A stretch of 64,000 nt of DNA, taken from Actinomycetes bacterium (GTDB lineage Bacteria > Actinomycetota > Actinomycetes > DATJPE01). The first letter of the stretch is position 1, and every line of letters starts with the position of its first letter. The position numbers and the translations under genes were made by a program. Location: positions 6,112 through 70,111 of the forward strand of contig JANPBY010000101.1 in NCBI GenBank assembly GCA_031430645.1, given 5' to 3'. The notes below the pieces were generated by a model that made no database searches, had not been told where the DNA came from, and saw only the letters and a program-made list of their open reading frames with translations. Of the stretch, positions 49,864-58,512 are shown piece after piece.

Positions 49864-50789
49864 GGCGCAGCTGTCGCCTCGTCGCCGTCCGGAGCGGCGA
49901 CTCTGGACGAGCCGGCCATACCCGCAAAAGCGCTTCCGACTGCGCCCATCGCTTGAGACAACTCGGCCGGAAGGACCCAGATCTTGCTGGCTTGTCCCTT
50001 GGCGATCTCCGGGAGCGTCTGGATGTATTGGTAGGCGAGGAGCTTAGGGTCGGGATCACCCTCATGAATGGCGGTGAAGACCGTGTTGATCGCTGAGGCC
50101 TCGCCCTGAGCCCGGATCACCGCAGCCTGCGCGTCTCCTTCGGCAATGAGGATGGCCGACTGTCGCGAGCCCTCCGCGGTCAGGATCTGGCTCTGCTTGA
50201 AACCTTCAGCGGTGAGGATCGTCGCGCGCTTCTCGCGTTCCGCGCGCATCTGCTTCTCCATCGACTCCTGAACCGAGGGAGGCGGGTCAATAGCCTTGAT
50301 CTCTACCCGATTGACGCGGACTCCCCACTTGCCCGTTGCCTCATCCAGGACGCCACGCAAGGCCGCGTTGATGGTGTCGCGCGAGGTCAGCGCCTCCTCG
50401 AGGTCCATACCTCCGACGACGTTACGAAGCGTGGTCACGGTCAATTGCTCGATGGCTTGGATGTAGTTTGCGATTTCGTAGGTCACGGCCTTCGGGTCCG
50501 TCACCTGGAAGTAGATGACCGAGTCGATGCTCACCACGAGGTTGTCCTCGGTGATGACCGGCTGCGGGGGAAAACTGACGACTTGCTCGCGCATATCGAT
50601 CAGAGGTTTGAGGTTGTCGATGAAAGGAACCAGAATCGACAGGCCCGGGTTCAGAGTCCGGTGATACCGACCGAGCCGCTCCACGATGCCGGCCCGCGCC
50701 TGCGGGACGATCCGAATGGTCCGCGCAAGAGTGAGAAGGACGAGCAGAAGGACGAGGACCGCGACGAACACGGACACATACACCGTCAC
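49842..50789 (-). CDS. SPFH/band-7 (stomatin/prohibitin-like) membrane protein
   Basis: N-terminal TM, SPFH core (IVPQARAGIVERLGRYHRTLNPGLSILVPFID…) and a coiled-coil tail. Confidence 0.85.
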   Translation of the reverse strand: MTVYVSVFVAVLVLLLVLLTLARTIRIVPQARAGIVERLGRYHRTLNPGLSILVPFIDNLKPLIDMREQVVSFPPQPVITEDNLVVSIDSVIYFQVTDPKAVTYEIANYIQAIEQLTVTTLRNVVGGMDLEEALTSRDTINAALRGVLDEATGKWGVRVNRVEIKAIDPPPSVQESMEKQMRAEREKRATILTAEGFKQSQILTAEGSRQSAILIAEGDAQAAVIRAQGEASAINTVFTAIHEGDPDPKLLAYQYIQTLPEIAKGQASKIWVLPAELSQAMGAVGSAFAGMAGSSRVAAPDGDEATAAPQVERGA

Positions 50790-51220
50790 TTGGACTCCGA
50801 AAGGTTGACGACGGCTGTTGCGCCTTCGATGCGCACGACGTCGACGGTGTCCCCGGGCTCAAATGAGCGGTCGGGGTCGAACGAACGAGCAGACCAGACC
50901 TCACCTGCGAGACGCACCCTGCCGTCCCGGGAATCGATCCGCTCGAGGACCAAACCTGTTGAGCCGATGAGGGCAGCAGCCCCGGTCATAATCTCCCGTG
51001 CCGGGTGGAGATGGCGCAAAGCGATCGGTCGTACTGCGAAAATGAGCAGGAGGGCGACGAGGCCGCCAACGAGGGCTTGTACCACCACGGGAGCCCCGAG
51101 CGCCGACGCGAGCGCGGCTGCCAACGATCCGATGGCAATCATGATGAAGATCAAGTCCAGCGACACCATCTCGATCGCAAAGAAGACGAGGGCCGCCACC
51201 ACCCACCAGATCCAGTCCAC
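50786..51220 (-). CDS. NfeD-family membrane protein (stomatin operon partner)
   Basis: Three TM helices plus a C-terminal OB-like beta domain (…GRVRLAGEVWSARS…GDTVDVVRIEGATAVV). It has a 4-nt overlap with the SPFH gene. Confidence 0.75.
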   Translation of the reverse strand: MDWIWWVVAALVFFAIEMVSLDLIFIMIAIGSLAAALASALGAPVVVQALVGGLVALLLIFAVRPIALRHLHPAREIMTGAAALIGSTGLVLERIDSRDGRVRLAGEVWSARSFDPDRSFEPGDTVDVVRIEGATAVVNLSESK

Positions 51221-51285
51221 GACTTGATCTTAGGCACGAGCGGACGATTTGAAACGTGCTTCCGGAACACCGCTCTCTTTGTTCT

Positions 51286-52071
51286 TCACCTCGCCCGCGC
51301 CCACCAACGGCCGTCACGACGATTCAACCGAAGGCGGAGACCGAACGTGACGGAAAGCGCCATCTCCGTGAGCACTCCAGCAGCCGGCCCGGCGGCGACC
51401 ACTCGACCATCACGCATAAGCAGTGCATGCGTGAAGCCGGGCGGAATCTCCTCGACGTGATGCGTCACCAACACCATCGCGGGTGCTAGCGGATCGCTGG
51501 CGAGTCGATCCAGGCGGCCGACAAGATCCTCACGTCCACCGAGGTCCAGCCCCGCCGCGGGTTCGTCGAGCAGAAGCAGCTCTGGGTCAGCCATCAGTGC
51601 ACGGGCGATCTGCACGCGTTTGCGCTCGCCCTCCGAAAGGGTGCCGAACGCTCGGCTGATCAGATGGCTCACTCCCACCTGATGCAGCAGTCGTTGGCCA
51701 CGTTGGGTGTCGGTCTCGTCGTACGCCTCCCGCCATCTCCCGGTGATGGCCCAGGCTCCCGTGAGGACGATGTCGAGCACCCGCTCCTCGGCTGGAAGTC
51801 GGTCGGCCAACGCCGCTGAGGCAAGTCCGATCCTCGGGCGCAGCTCGAACACATCGACGAGGCCGAGGCGTTCGCCGAGAACGTCGACCGACCCTTTGCT
51901 CGGGAAGGTGTTCGTGGCGGCAACCCCGAGGAGGGTCGTCTTGCCTGCGCCGTTGGGCCCGAGCACAACCCAGCGCTCGCCCTCGCGGACCGTCCAACTC
52001 ACGTTGTCGAGCAAGGTCGAGGAGCCCCGAACGACACTGACGCCACTCAGACGCAGCACTTCATCGCTCAC
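51286..52071 (-). CDS. ABC transporter ATP-binding protein (single NBD, no adjacent permease)
   Basis: The GTG start at 52069-52071 gives VSDEVLRLSGVSV…GPNGAGKTTLLG…LSEGERKRVQIARAL…LLLDEPAAGLD. The 380-aa ORF-track version has a low-complexity upstream extension. Confidence 0.8.
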   Translation of the reverse strand: MSDEVLRLSGVSVVRGSSTLLDNVSWTVREGERWVVLGPNGAGKTTLLGVAATNTFPSKGSVDVLGERLGLVDVFELRPRIGLASAALADRLPAEERVLDIVLTGAWAITGRWREAYDETDTQRGQRLLHQVGVSHLISRAFGTLSEGERKRVQIARALMADPELLLLDEPAAGLDLGGREDLVGRLDRLASDPLAPAMVLVTHHVEEIPPGFTHALLMRDGRVVAAGPAAGVLTEMALSVTFGLRLRLNRRDGRWWARAR

Positions 52072-52111
52072 GCGGCCCAACCTATCCGGCGGCCGGTCGT
52101 AGGCTGAGGCG

Positions 52112-52921
52112 ATGCCTGTCGGAGACCTTCCCCCTACTCGTGCTGGGCGCCTGGTGGCTTGGGGAAATGCACTGGTTGGCGGCTGGACGAGCTTGGACGA
52201 GGCCGCCGAAAGGGTCGTTGGCGGTGACACGGCACATCGCGTCGACGGACTCCCGAGCGGGGACGACGTCAGCCTTACGGTCGCCATGGGGCGATTGATA
52301 GTCGCAGGAGCCGTCGGGTTCCGCCTTGCTCTGCCCGTGCCGGGGGACGTCAGCGGTCTGCCAGGGCCGCTTGACTTCAACGTCGAGGCGCTTGCAGCAG
52401 GTGAAGCAGTCCTCTTCGACGGGCTCACGGGGGGTCTTGTGCCAACCGTGACCAGGCATCACAGCGACCAAGCACGGCATCGGTCAGCTGTCGAGCTGGT
52501 GCGCTGGCGGTGGCTTGGCGCCCAACCGACTCCGCCGCGAGGACTCAGCCTGGCTGACGCTGACCGGGCGCTCGCAACAGCAGTCCGGGAGGCCACGGTC
52601 GCCCTTGCCGACCTGGATGTCGGAGGCATGGACCCTGCGACCGCGGCCACCCTGTCCGGACTGCGAGTGCGCGCGCGGCTAGGCGATGAGTTGGCGCCGG
52701 GCTACTCCGACCGGGCCCGAGAAGTCCTCCGACGTGCCCACTGGCTGATCGCTGTGGTCACCTTGGCTGGGAAGGGCACCGGCGCCGCGGTGTCCGCTGC
52801 CGAAATCGGCGCTCGCCGGGAACGGCTCGCTGCCGTCGGCCGGACGGCTCGGCTGGCCATCGTCGCCGCCCACAACTCCCCAAACGAAGGCGCCCCGAGC
52901 CGCGGTCCACTCCCCCGGTAG
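52112..52921 (+). CDS. Hypothetical protein
   Basis: 269-aa ORF with coding-like third-position GC and no recognisable motif. Confidence 0.4.
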   Translation: MPVGDLPPTRAGRLVAWGNALVGGWTSLDEAAERVVGGDTAHRVDGLPSGDDVSLTVAMGRLIVAGAVGFRLALPVPGDVSGLPGPLDFNVEALAAGEAVLFDGLTGGLVPTVTRHHSDQARHRSAVELVRWRWLGAQPTPPRGLSLADADRALATAVREATVALADLDVGGMDPATAATLSGLRVRARLGDELAPGYSDRAREVLRRAHWLIAVVTLAGKGTGAAVSAAEIGARRERLAAVGRTARLAIVAAHNSPNEGAPSRGPLPR

Positions 52922-52933
52922 GTTGCGGGGGTC

Positions 52934-54169
52934 ATGAATCAGCCTCCGACGACCACCCTGCTCACACTTACTGGCCCAGACCGAACCGGCGTGACCACGC
53001 GACTGTTTGCAGCATTGGCGCGAATGGACGCGGCTGTTCTCGACGTCGAGCAGGTGGTCATCCGGGGTCAGCTTGTCCTCGGCGTGCTGCTCGGTAGCGG
53101 GGCGGGAGACCATGTTCGTCGCCTCGCTCAACCGGTGGCCGATGAGCTGGGGATGCGCCTGGAGGTCTCCGAGGGGGACGGCGAGGGTGACGCCGAACTC
53201 GATGCACTTCGACCCCACCGATCTCACGTCGTCGTATTGGGGCATCCCCTCCGGCCCGAGGATGTGGCCGGCGTCACCGGTCGCATCGCGGCACTGGGCG
53301 CCAACATCGACCGAATCGTGCGGCTCGCGCCCTATCCGGTCACCGCCATCGAACTGGAGGTGTCGGGGGCCGACCCCGATGAACTGCGCTCCGGTCTGGC
53401 TGCCGAGGCGGCGAAACTGGCGATAGACATTGCTGTTGAGCGCAGCGGACTGCACCGGCGCGCCAAGCGACTGGTCGTCATGGATGTGGACTCCACCCTG
53501 ATCCAGGGTGAAGTCATCGAGCTCTTGGCCGCGGAGGCGGGCTGCCTCGCGGAAGTCAGCCTCATCACGTCCGCCGCCATGCGCGGAGACCTGGATTTCG
53601 GATCGGCGCTCCGGGCCCGCGTGTCGCTCCTCGCCGGGTTGCCCGATTCCGCCCTGGACCGGGTCCGTGCAGGCGTGGTCCTCGCCCCAGGAGCGCGCAC
53701 GCTGGTACGCACCCTCAAACGGCTTGGGTACCAGTTCGCCATCGTCAGCGGCGGTTTCACCCAGGTCACGGATGATCTGGTGGCTGACCTCGAGATCGAC
53801 TACTCCGCGGCCAACACTCTGGAGATCGTTGACGGCTTGCTCACTGGTGGGTTGGTCGGCGACATCGTCGACCGACAGGGGAAAGCCGACGCACTGGTGC
53901 GCTTCGCCCGGCTCGCCGGAGTCCCCATCACCCAGACTGTGGCCATCGGTGACGGCGCAAACGACCTCGACATGCTCGCACTGGCGGGTCTTGGCGTGGC
54001 TTTCAACGCCAAACCGGTCGTCCAGGAGGCAGCTGACGCGTCAGTGAACTTCCCCTATCTCGACGCAATTCTCTATCTGTTGGGGATCACTCGGGACGAA
54101 GTCGAGGCGGCTGATGCGGAGGCTGGACTGGAAACACGTGCACCCCGCGTGCGCGCGACTGCTCCATGA
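52934..54169 (+). CDS. serB: Phosphoserine phosphatase SerB with N-terminal tandem ACT domains
   Basis: ACT-like N-terminus (LLTLTGPDRTGVTTRLFAALA…) and HAD core (VVMDVDSTLIQGEVIE…, …GDGANDLDML…). The architecture resembles mycobacterial SerB2. Confidence 0.88.
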   Translation: MNQPPTTTLLTLTGPDRTGVTTRLFAALARMDAAVLDVEQVVIRGQLVLGVLLGSGAGDHVRRLAQPVADELGMRLEVSEGDGEGDAELDALRPHRSHVVVLGHPLRPEDVAGVTGRIAALGANIDRIVRLAPYPVTAIELEVSGADPDELRSGLAAEAAKLAIDIAVERSGLHRRAKRLVVMDVDSTLIQGEVIELLAAEAGCLAEVSLITSAAMRGDLDFGSALRARVSLLAGLPDSALDRVRAGVVLAPGARTLVRTLKRLGYQFAIVSGGFTQVTDDLVADLEIDYSAANTLEIVDGLLTGGLVGDIVDRQGKADALVRFARLAGVPITQTVAIGDGANDLDMLALAGLGVAFNAKPVVQEAADASVNFPYLDAILYLLGITRDEVEAADAEAGLETRAPRVRATAP

Positions 54170-54174
54170 GAATC

Positions 54175-54714
54175 TCAGCCGCGCGGAACGACAAAGTCAT
54201 CGAGGCTAGCTCCGTGTGGTCCGAGACCTGACCAGGGCCCCGCCACACTGAGAACTGCAAGACCCGACGTCGGGAACTTGGCTGCGGCCAAGGCGGCGCC
54301 GGACTCCGAACGAGGGCCGGCGAGTTCGACCACCAGATCCTGGACCCCTGGGTTGTGGCCCACCAGGAGGACGGTCCCGACATCATCAGGGACTGCGCGA
54401 AGCACCTCGATCAGGGTCCCGACATCGGCGTCGTACACGCGGCCCGAGGACCGTACTTCGGTCGCATTCCCACCGGCTGCCCGCAGGGCGGGCTCCACGG
54501 TCTCCCACGTCTCCTGGGTCCGACGTGCATCTGAGTGAACGACGAGGTCGAGCCGGCCGATGTGCTCCCCCAACCACCGACCCGCAGCCGGCGCGTCCCG
54601 GAGCCCGCGCTTGGCGAGCGGCCGATCCTTGTCGGGCACCCCGGCCGGCCAGTCCGACTTAGCGTGTCGCAAGACGATCAGCCGTCGCTCAGGAGGTTGG
54701 TGGGCAGGAGTCAC
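54175..54714 (-). CDS. Histidine phosphatase family protein (SixA-like)
   Basis: The GTG at 54712-54714 gives VTPAHQPPERRLIVLRHAKSDW… with a later …VGHNPG… block. The 516-aa ORF-track version extends antisense across cphB and is not credible. Confidence 0.65.
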   Translation of the reverse strand: MTPAHQPPERRLIVLRHAKSDWPAGVPDKDRPLAKRGLRDAPAAGRWLGEHIGRLDLVVHSDARRTQETWETVEPALRAAGGNATEVRSSGRVYDADVGTLIEVLRAVPDDVGTVLLVGHNPGVQDLVVELAGPRSESGAALAAAKFPTSGLAVLSVAGPWSGLGPHGASLDDFVVPRG

Positions 54715-54811
54715 GGGTTCATCATGCCGCGCGCAACGGGCCGGGTGTGGCCCGGCCCGAGGAATGGCCCGTGTCTCACCCTCATGGTCGCCGCCGGATA
54801 CGCTGCGCCGA

Positions 54812-55734
54812 TGCCCTCGAGCTCGCTCAGCCTGGTGCCAGCGGGAACTCTCGTCGTCATCGGTGGAGCAGAGGACAAGATCGGCCGCTCGAGAGTCCTG
54901 GCTCGCTTCGTCGAACTCGCCGGCGGGCCCCAGGCCCGAATCGCTGTCTGCGCGACCGCGAGTTCCCTCGGCCCGGAGGTAGCCAGGCTGTACGACACGG
55001 TGTTCCAAGGGCTCGGCGCGGCTGAAGTGGTATCGGTGTCGCCGAGAACCCGCGAGGAAGCTGACGATCCTGGCCTGGCTGCGGTTCTTGGGCAGGTCTC
55101 TGCCGTCTTCTTCAGCGGTGGAAACCAGATGAAGCTGTCCCAGACCATCACAGGCACGGCCTTCGGTGATGCGATCCGGGCGCTGCACCTGGACGGTCGT
55201 ACCGTTGCTGGGACCTCGGCCGGGGCCAGCGTCATGAGCGAGCACATGATTGCCTTCGGCGCTGCCGGCGCGACTCCAAAGAACCGCATCGCCCAACTGG
55301 CTCGTGGTCTCGGCCTGCTCTCCGAGGTCGTCGTCGACCAGCACTTCGATCAGCGCAACCGCCATGGCCGGCTCTTGACCCTCGTGGCGCAATCGCCATC
55401 CCTGCTCGGACTCGGCGTTGACGAGGACACCGCAGCGGTCGTGTCGGGGGGGCGTGTACTCGAGGTGATCGGGCGAGGATCGGTCTTCTTGGTCGACGGC
55501 GGCCGGGCGATCACCAGCGCGGCGAGTGCCAGCCGCAGCCAGCCTTTGTTGGTGTCCGGCGCCATCTTGCACGTGCTCCCGGCTGGTAGCCGCTTCGACC
55601 TTGTGGACCGCCGACTCATGGACGTGGTAGCAGGGACCCACCCCGGCGAGGCCGTAGACCTGGTAGCCACGGCCGCTGACGTACGGCGCGTCGCCGCACG
55701 CCGCGCCAAGCGCAAGACCGATCAAGCGACCTGA
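54812..55734 (+). CDS. cphB: Cyanophycinase (peptidase S51)
   Basis: MPSSSLSLVPAGTLVVIGGAEDK…, the GTSAGASVM nucleophile motif and VVDQHFDQRNRHGRLL are colinear with cyanobacterial CphB (MPLSS…IIGGAEDK…GTSAGAAVM…VVDQHFHNRNRMARLL). Confidence 0.9.
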
Positions 55735-55757
55735 TCGGCTCAGTCCATCGCGAGCAA

Positions 55758-58511
55758 TTGGAGAGAGAGCACCCTGTGACCGAGCGGACTTCCGGCCAAG
55801 CGCAACCCGATCTCCAGATCACCGAGACCCGGGTGTACCGCGGGCCGAACATCTGGTCCTATGACGAGTCGATCCATCTGGTGGTCGATCTGGGCTCCCT
55901 CGAGAACTATCCGACGGACCGCCTCCCGGGTTTTGTGGACGGCCTTCTCGAAACTCTCCCGGGGATTGCCGACCACTCCTGCTCGCGGGGCCGTCGGGGG
56001 GGCTTTCTCGAGCGGCTGCGCGAAGGTACCTGGCTCGGTCACGTCGCCGAGCATGCGGCCCTTCAGCTCCAGCACGAGGCTGGTTTTGACATTCGGAGGG
56101 GTAAGACCCGAGGGGTCCCCGGGCAGCCGGGCCGCTACAACGTGGTCTATGGCTACACCGATGAGCGCGTCGGACTCGCAGCCGGCAGGCTAGCCGTACG
56201 GCTGGTCAATCACCTGGTTCAACCGGATCCGGACTTTGCCTTCGACCACGAGCTCGAGCACTTCTTGCTGGGCGCCGAGCGCACCGCGTTCGGCCCGTCG
56301 ACGCAAGCGATCATCGACGAGGCCGTGGCCCGGGACATCCCATGGCTTCGTGTCAACGAGTACTCCCTCGTCCAACTCGGGCAAGGCGTCCACGCCCAAA
56401 GAATTCGGGCCACGATGACCTCCCGTACCTCGGCCTTGGCCGTCGACATTGCTGGGGACAAAGACCTGACGACCCGACTCTTGGCTGCGGCCGGGCTGCC
56501 GGTGCCGAAGTCCGAGTCTGTCCGTTCAGCTGACCGCGCGGTTGAAGCCGCTCGCCGGATCGGCTACCCGGTGGTGTGCAAACCGCTGGATGGCAATCAC
56601 GGCCGCGGAGTCTGCCTAGACCTGCAGGACGAGGAGGCCGTCCGGGCAGCATTCCCCATCGCCGAGGACCAGTCACGCCGCGGTTGGGTCATCGTCGAGA
56701 GCTTCGTGACTGGCCGCGACTATCGGGTGCTGGTCGTTGGTGGACGCATGGTGGCTCTCGCGGAGCGGGTGCCGGCCCACGTGATTGGCGATGGCACGCG
56801 GACCGTCCGGCAGCTCGTCGACGACACCAATGCAGATCCTCGACGTGGCGTGGGCCACGAAAAAGTCCTCACCCGAATCACGATCGACGACAAAGCCATC
56901 GCGCTCGTACGGGAGCAGGGCCTCGAGATGGAGAGCGTCGTCCCTGAGTCGACCATGGTCAAGCTCACTCTGACGGGCAACATGTCGACAGGCGGAATCT
57001 CGATCGACCGGACCTTTGAGGCGCACCCGGACAACATCGAGATCGCTGAGGAGGCCGCTCGGGTCGTGGGACTCGATGTTGCGGGTATCGACTTCATCTC
57101 CCCCGATATTGCAGAGCCAGTCCGCGAGACCGGGGGCGCGATCTGCGAGGTCAATGCCGCACCCGGCTTTCGTATGCACACCCACCCGACGATCGGTGAG
57201 CCGCAGTACGTCGCCAAGCCGGTCGTCGACCTGTTGTTCCCGCCGGGGTCGCCAAGCCGTATCCCCATCGTCGCCGTCACCGGAACTAACGGGAAGACGA
57301 CTACTTCGCGGATGATCGCTCACATCTTCAAGGGGTTGGGCCGCAAGGTCGGCATGACCTCTACCGACGGGGTCGTCATCGACGAACGACTCGTCATCCG
57401 GGCGGACGCTTCCGGCCCGAAATCGGCAAGAATGGTGCTGCAGAATCCGCGCGTCGACTTCGCGGTCTTCGAAGTAGCCCGAGGGGGAATCCTTCGGGAG
57501 GGCTTGGGCTACCAGCGCAACGACATTGCCGTCGTTCTCAACGTCGCGGCCGACCACCTCGGAATGCGCGGGATCGATACCCTTGAGCAGCTCGCCGAGG
57601 TCAAGTCTGTCGTGGTCGAGGCGGTTCCCCGCGACGGGTTCGCCGTGCTCAACGCGGATGACCCTCTGGTCCGCGCGATGAGACGGAAGGCACCCTCGGG
57701 GCGAGTCGTCTGGTTCTCGATGGCCGAGCCTGGATCCGAGACGATGGAACTCATCGACGACTACTGCCGTCGCGGAGGACGGGCTGTGGTCCTGGAGCGC
57801 GGCGACCTGGGCGAGCGGATCGTCATTCGGCACGGTCGACGATCCATGCCCCTGGCATGGACACACCTCCTGCCCGCCACCTTCGGCGGCAAAGCCCGCT
57901 TCAACGTCGCCAACGCCATGGCGGCGGCGGGGGCAGCCTTTGCAGCCGGCGCGCCGCTTCACGATATCCGGCAAGGGCTGCGCACCTTTACGACGTCGTA
58001 CTACCTCTCCCCGGGGAGACTCAACGAACTCGATGTGAACGGCGTCACGGTGTTCATCGACTACTGCCACAACGCTCACGGAATGCGCGCGCTAGGGGAC
58101 TTCGTCGACCGGTTGGCCGAAGATCGCGATGCCGGACCGGACCTGGAACGACACCGGTGCATCGGGGTTATCGCCACCGCCGGTGACCGCCGTGATGACG
58201 ACATGCGCGAGCTCGGCGGAGTCGCGGCACAGCACTTCGACGCGATCATTGTTCGCGAGGATGCAGCACTTCGCGGGCGCGAACGAGGCGAGACCTCAGA
58301 TCGCGTCGACGAAGGCGTGCGCGCTGCCATGTCCGAGGGCGCCCGCTGCCGGTCGACTGAGATCGTCATCGATGAGCTCGACTCCGTTCGGCATGCACTG
58401 ACGCTGGCCAATCCGGGCGACATCCTGGTGATCTGCGTCGACAAGCACGGAGCCGTTCTCGAAGAACTCGAGCGGCGATCTCACATCGCTCAGCCCGGAG
58501 CACACGGCTGA
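55758..58511 (+). CDS. cphA: Cyanophycin synthetase (full-length N + ATP-grasp G + Mur-ligase M domains)
   Basis: RGPNIWSY…HSCSRGRRGGFLERLREGTWLGHVAEH (N domain); VVCKPLDGNHGRGV…VNAAPGFRMH (ATP-grasp); IVAVTGTNGKTTTSRM…DYCHNAHG (Mur ligase). These are colinear with Synechocystis CphA. Confidence 0.92.
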   Translation: MEREHPVTERTSGQAQPDLQITETRVYRGPNIWSYDESIHLVVDLGSLENYPTDRLPGFVDGLLETLPGIADHSCSRGRRGGFLERLREGTWLGHVAEHAALQLQHEAGFDIRRGKTRGVPGQPGRYNVVYGYTDERVGLAAGRLAVRLVNHLVQPDPDFAFDHELEHFLLGAERTAFGPSTQAIIDEAVARDIPWLRVNEYSLVQLGQGVHAQRIRATMTSRTSALAVDIAGDKDLTTRLLAAAGLPVPKSESVRSADRAVEAARRIGYPVVCKPLDGNHGRGVCLDLQDEEAVRAAFPIAEDQSRRGWVIVESFVTGRDYRVLVVGGRMVALAERVPAHVIGDGTRTVRQLVDDTNADPRRGVGHEKVLTRITIDDKAIALVREQGLEMESVVPESTMVKLTLTGNMSTGGISIDRTFEAHPDNIEIAEEAARVVGLDVAGIDFISPDIAEPVRETGGAICEVNAAPGFRMHTHPTIGEPQYVAKPVVDLLFPPGSPSRIPIVAVTGTNGKTTTSRMIAHIFKGLGRKVGMTSTDGVVIDERLVIRADASGPKSARMVLQNPRVDFAVFEVARGGILREGLGYQRNDIAVVLNVAADHLGMRGIDTLEQLAEVKSVVVEAVPRDGFAVLNADDPLVRAMRRKAPSGRVVWFSMAEPGSETMELIDDYCRRGGRAVVLERGDLGERIVIRHGRRSMPLAWTHLLPATFGGKARFNVANAMAAAGAAFAAGAPLHDIRQGLRTFTTSYYLSPGRLNELDVNGVTVFIDYCHNAHGMRALGDFVDRLAEDRDAGPDLERHRCIGVIATAGDRRDDDMRELGGVAAQHFDAIIVREDAALRGRERGETSDRVDEGVRAAMSEGARCRSTEIVIDELDSVRHALTLANPGDILVICVDKHGAVLEELERRSHIAQPGAHG

Positions 58512-58512
58512 G

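Noticed and set aside
52072-52428. N-terminal extension of the 380-aa ABC ATPase ORF
   Set aside because: Pro/Ser/Thr/Ala low-complexity. A GTG just upstream of the Walker A region gives a normal about 260-aa NBD.
52679-53455. 258-aa minus-strand ORF overlapping serB
   Set aside because: Antisense to serB, which has clear HAD/ACT motifs.
56673-58079. 468-aa minus-strand ORF inside cphA
   Set aside because: Antisense to cphA. The translation is Asp/Arg/Gly-rich without motifs.
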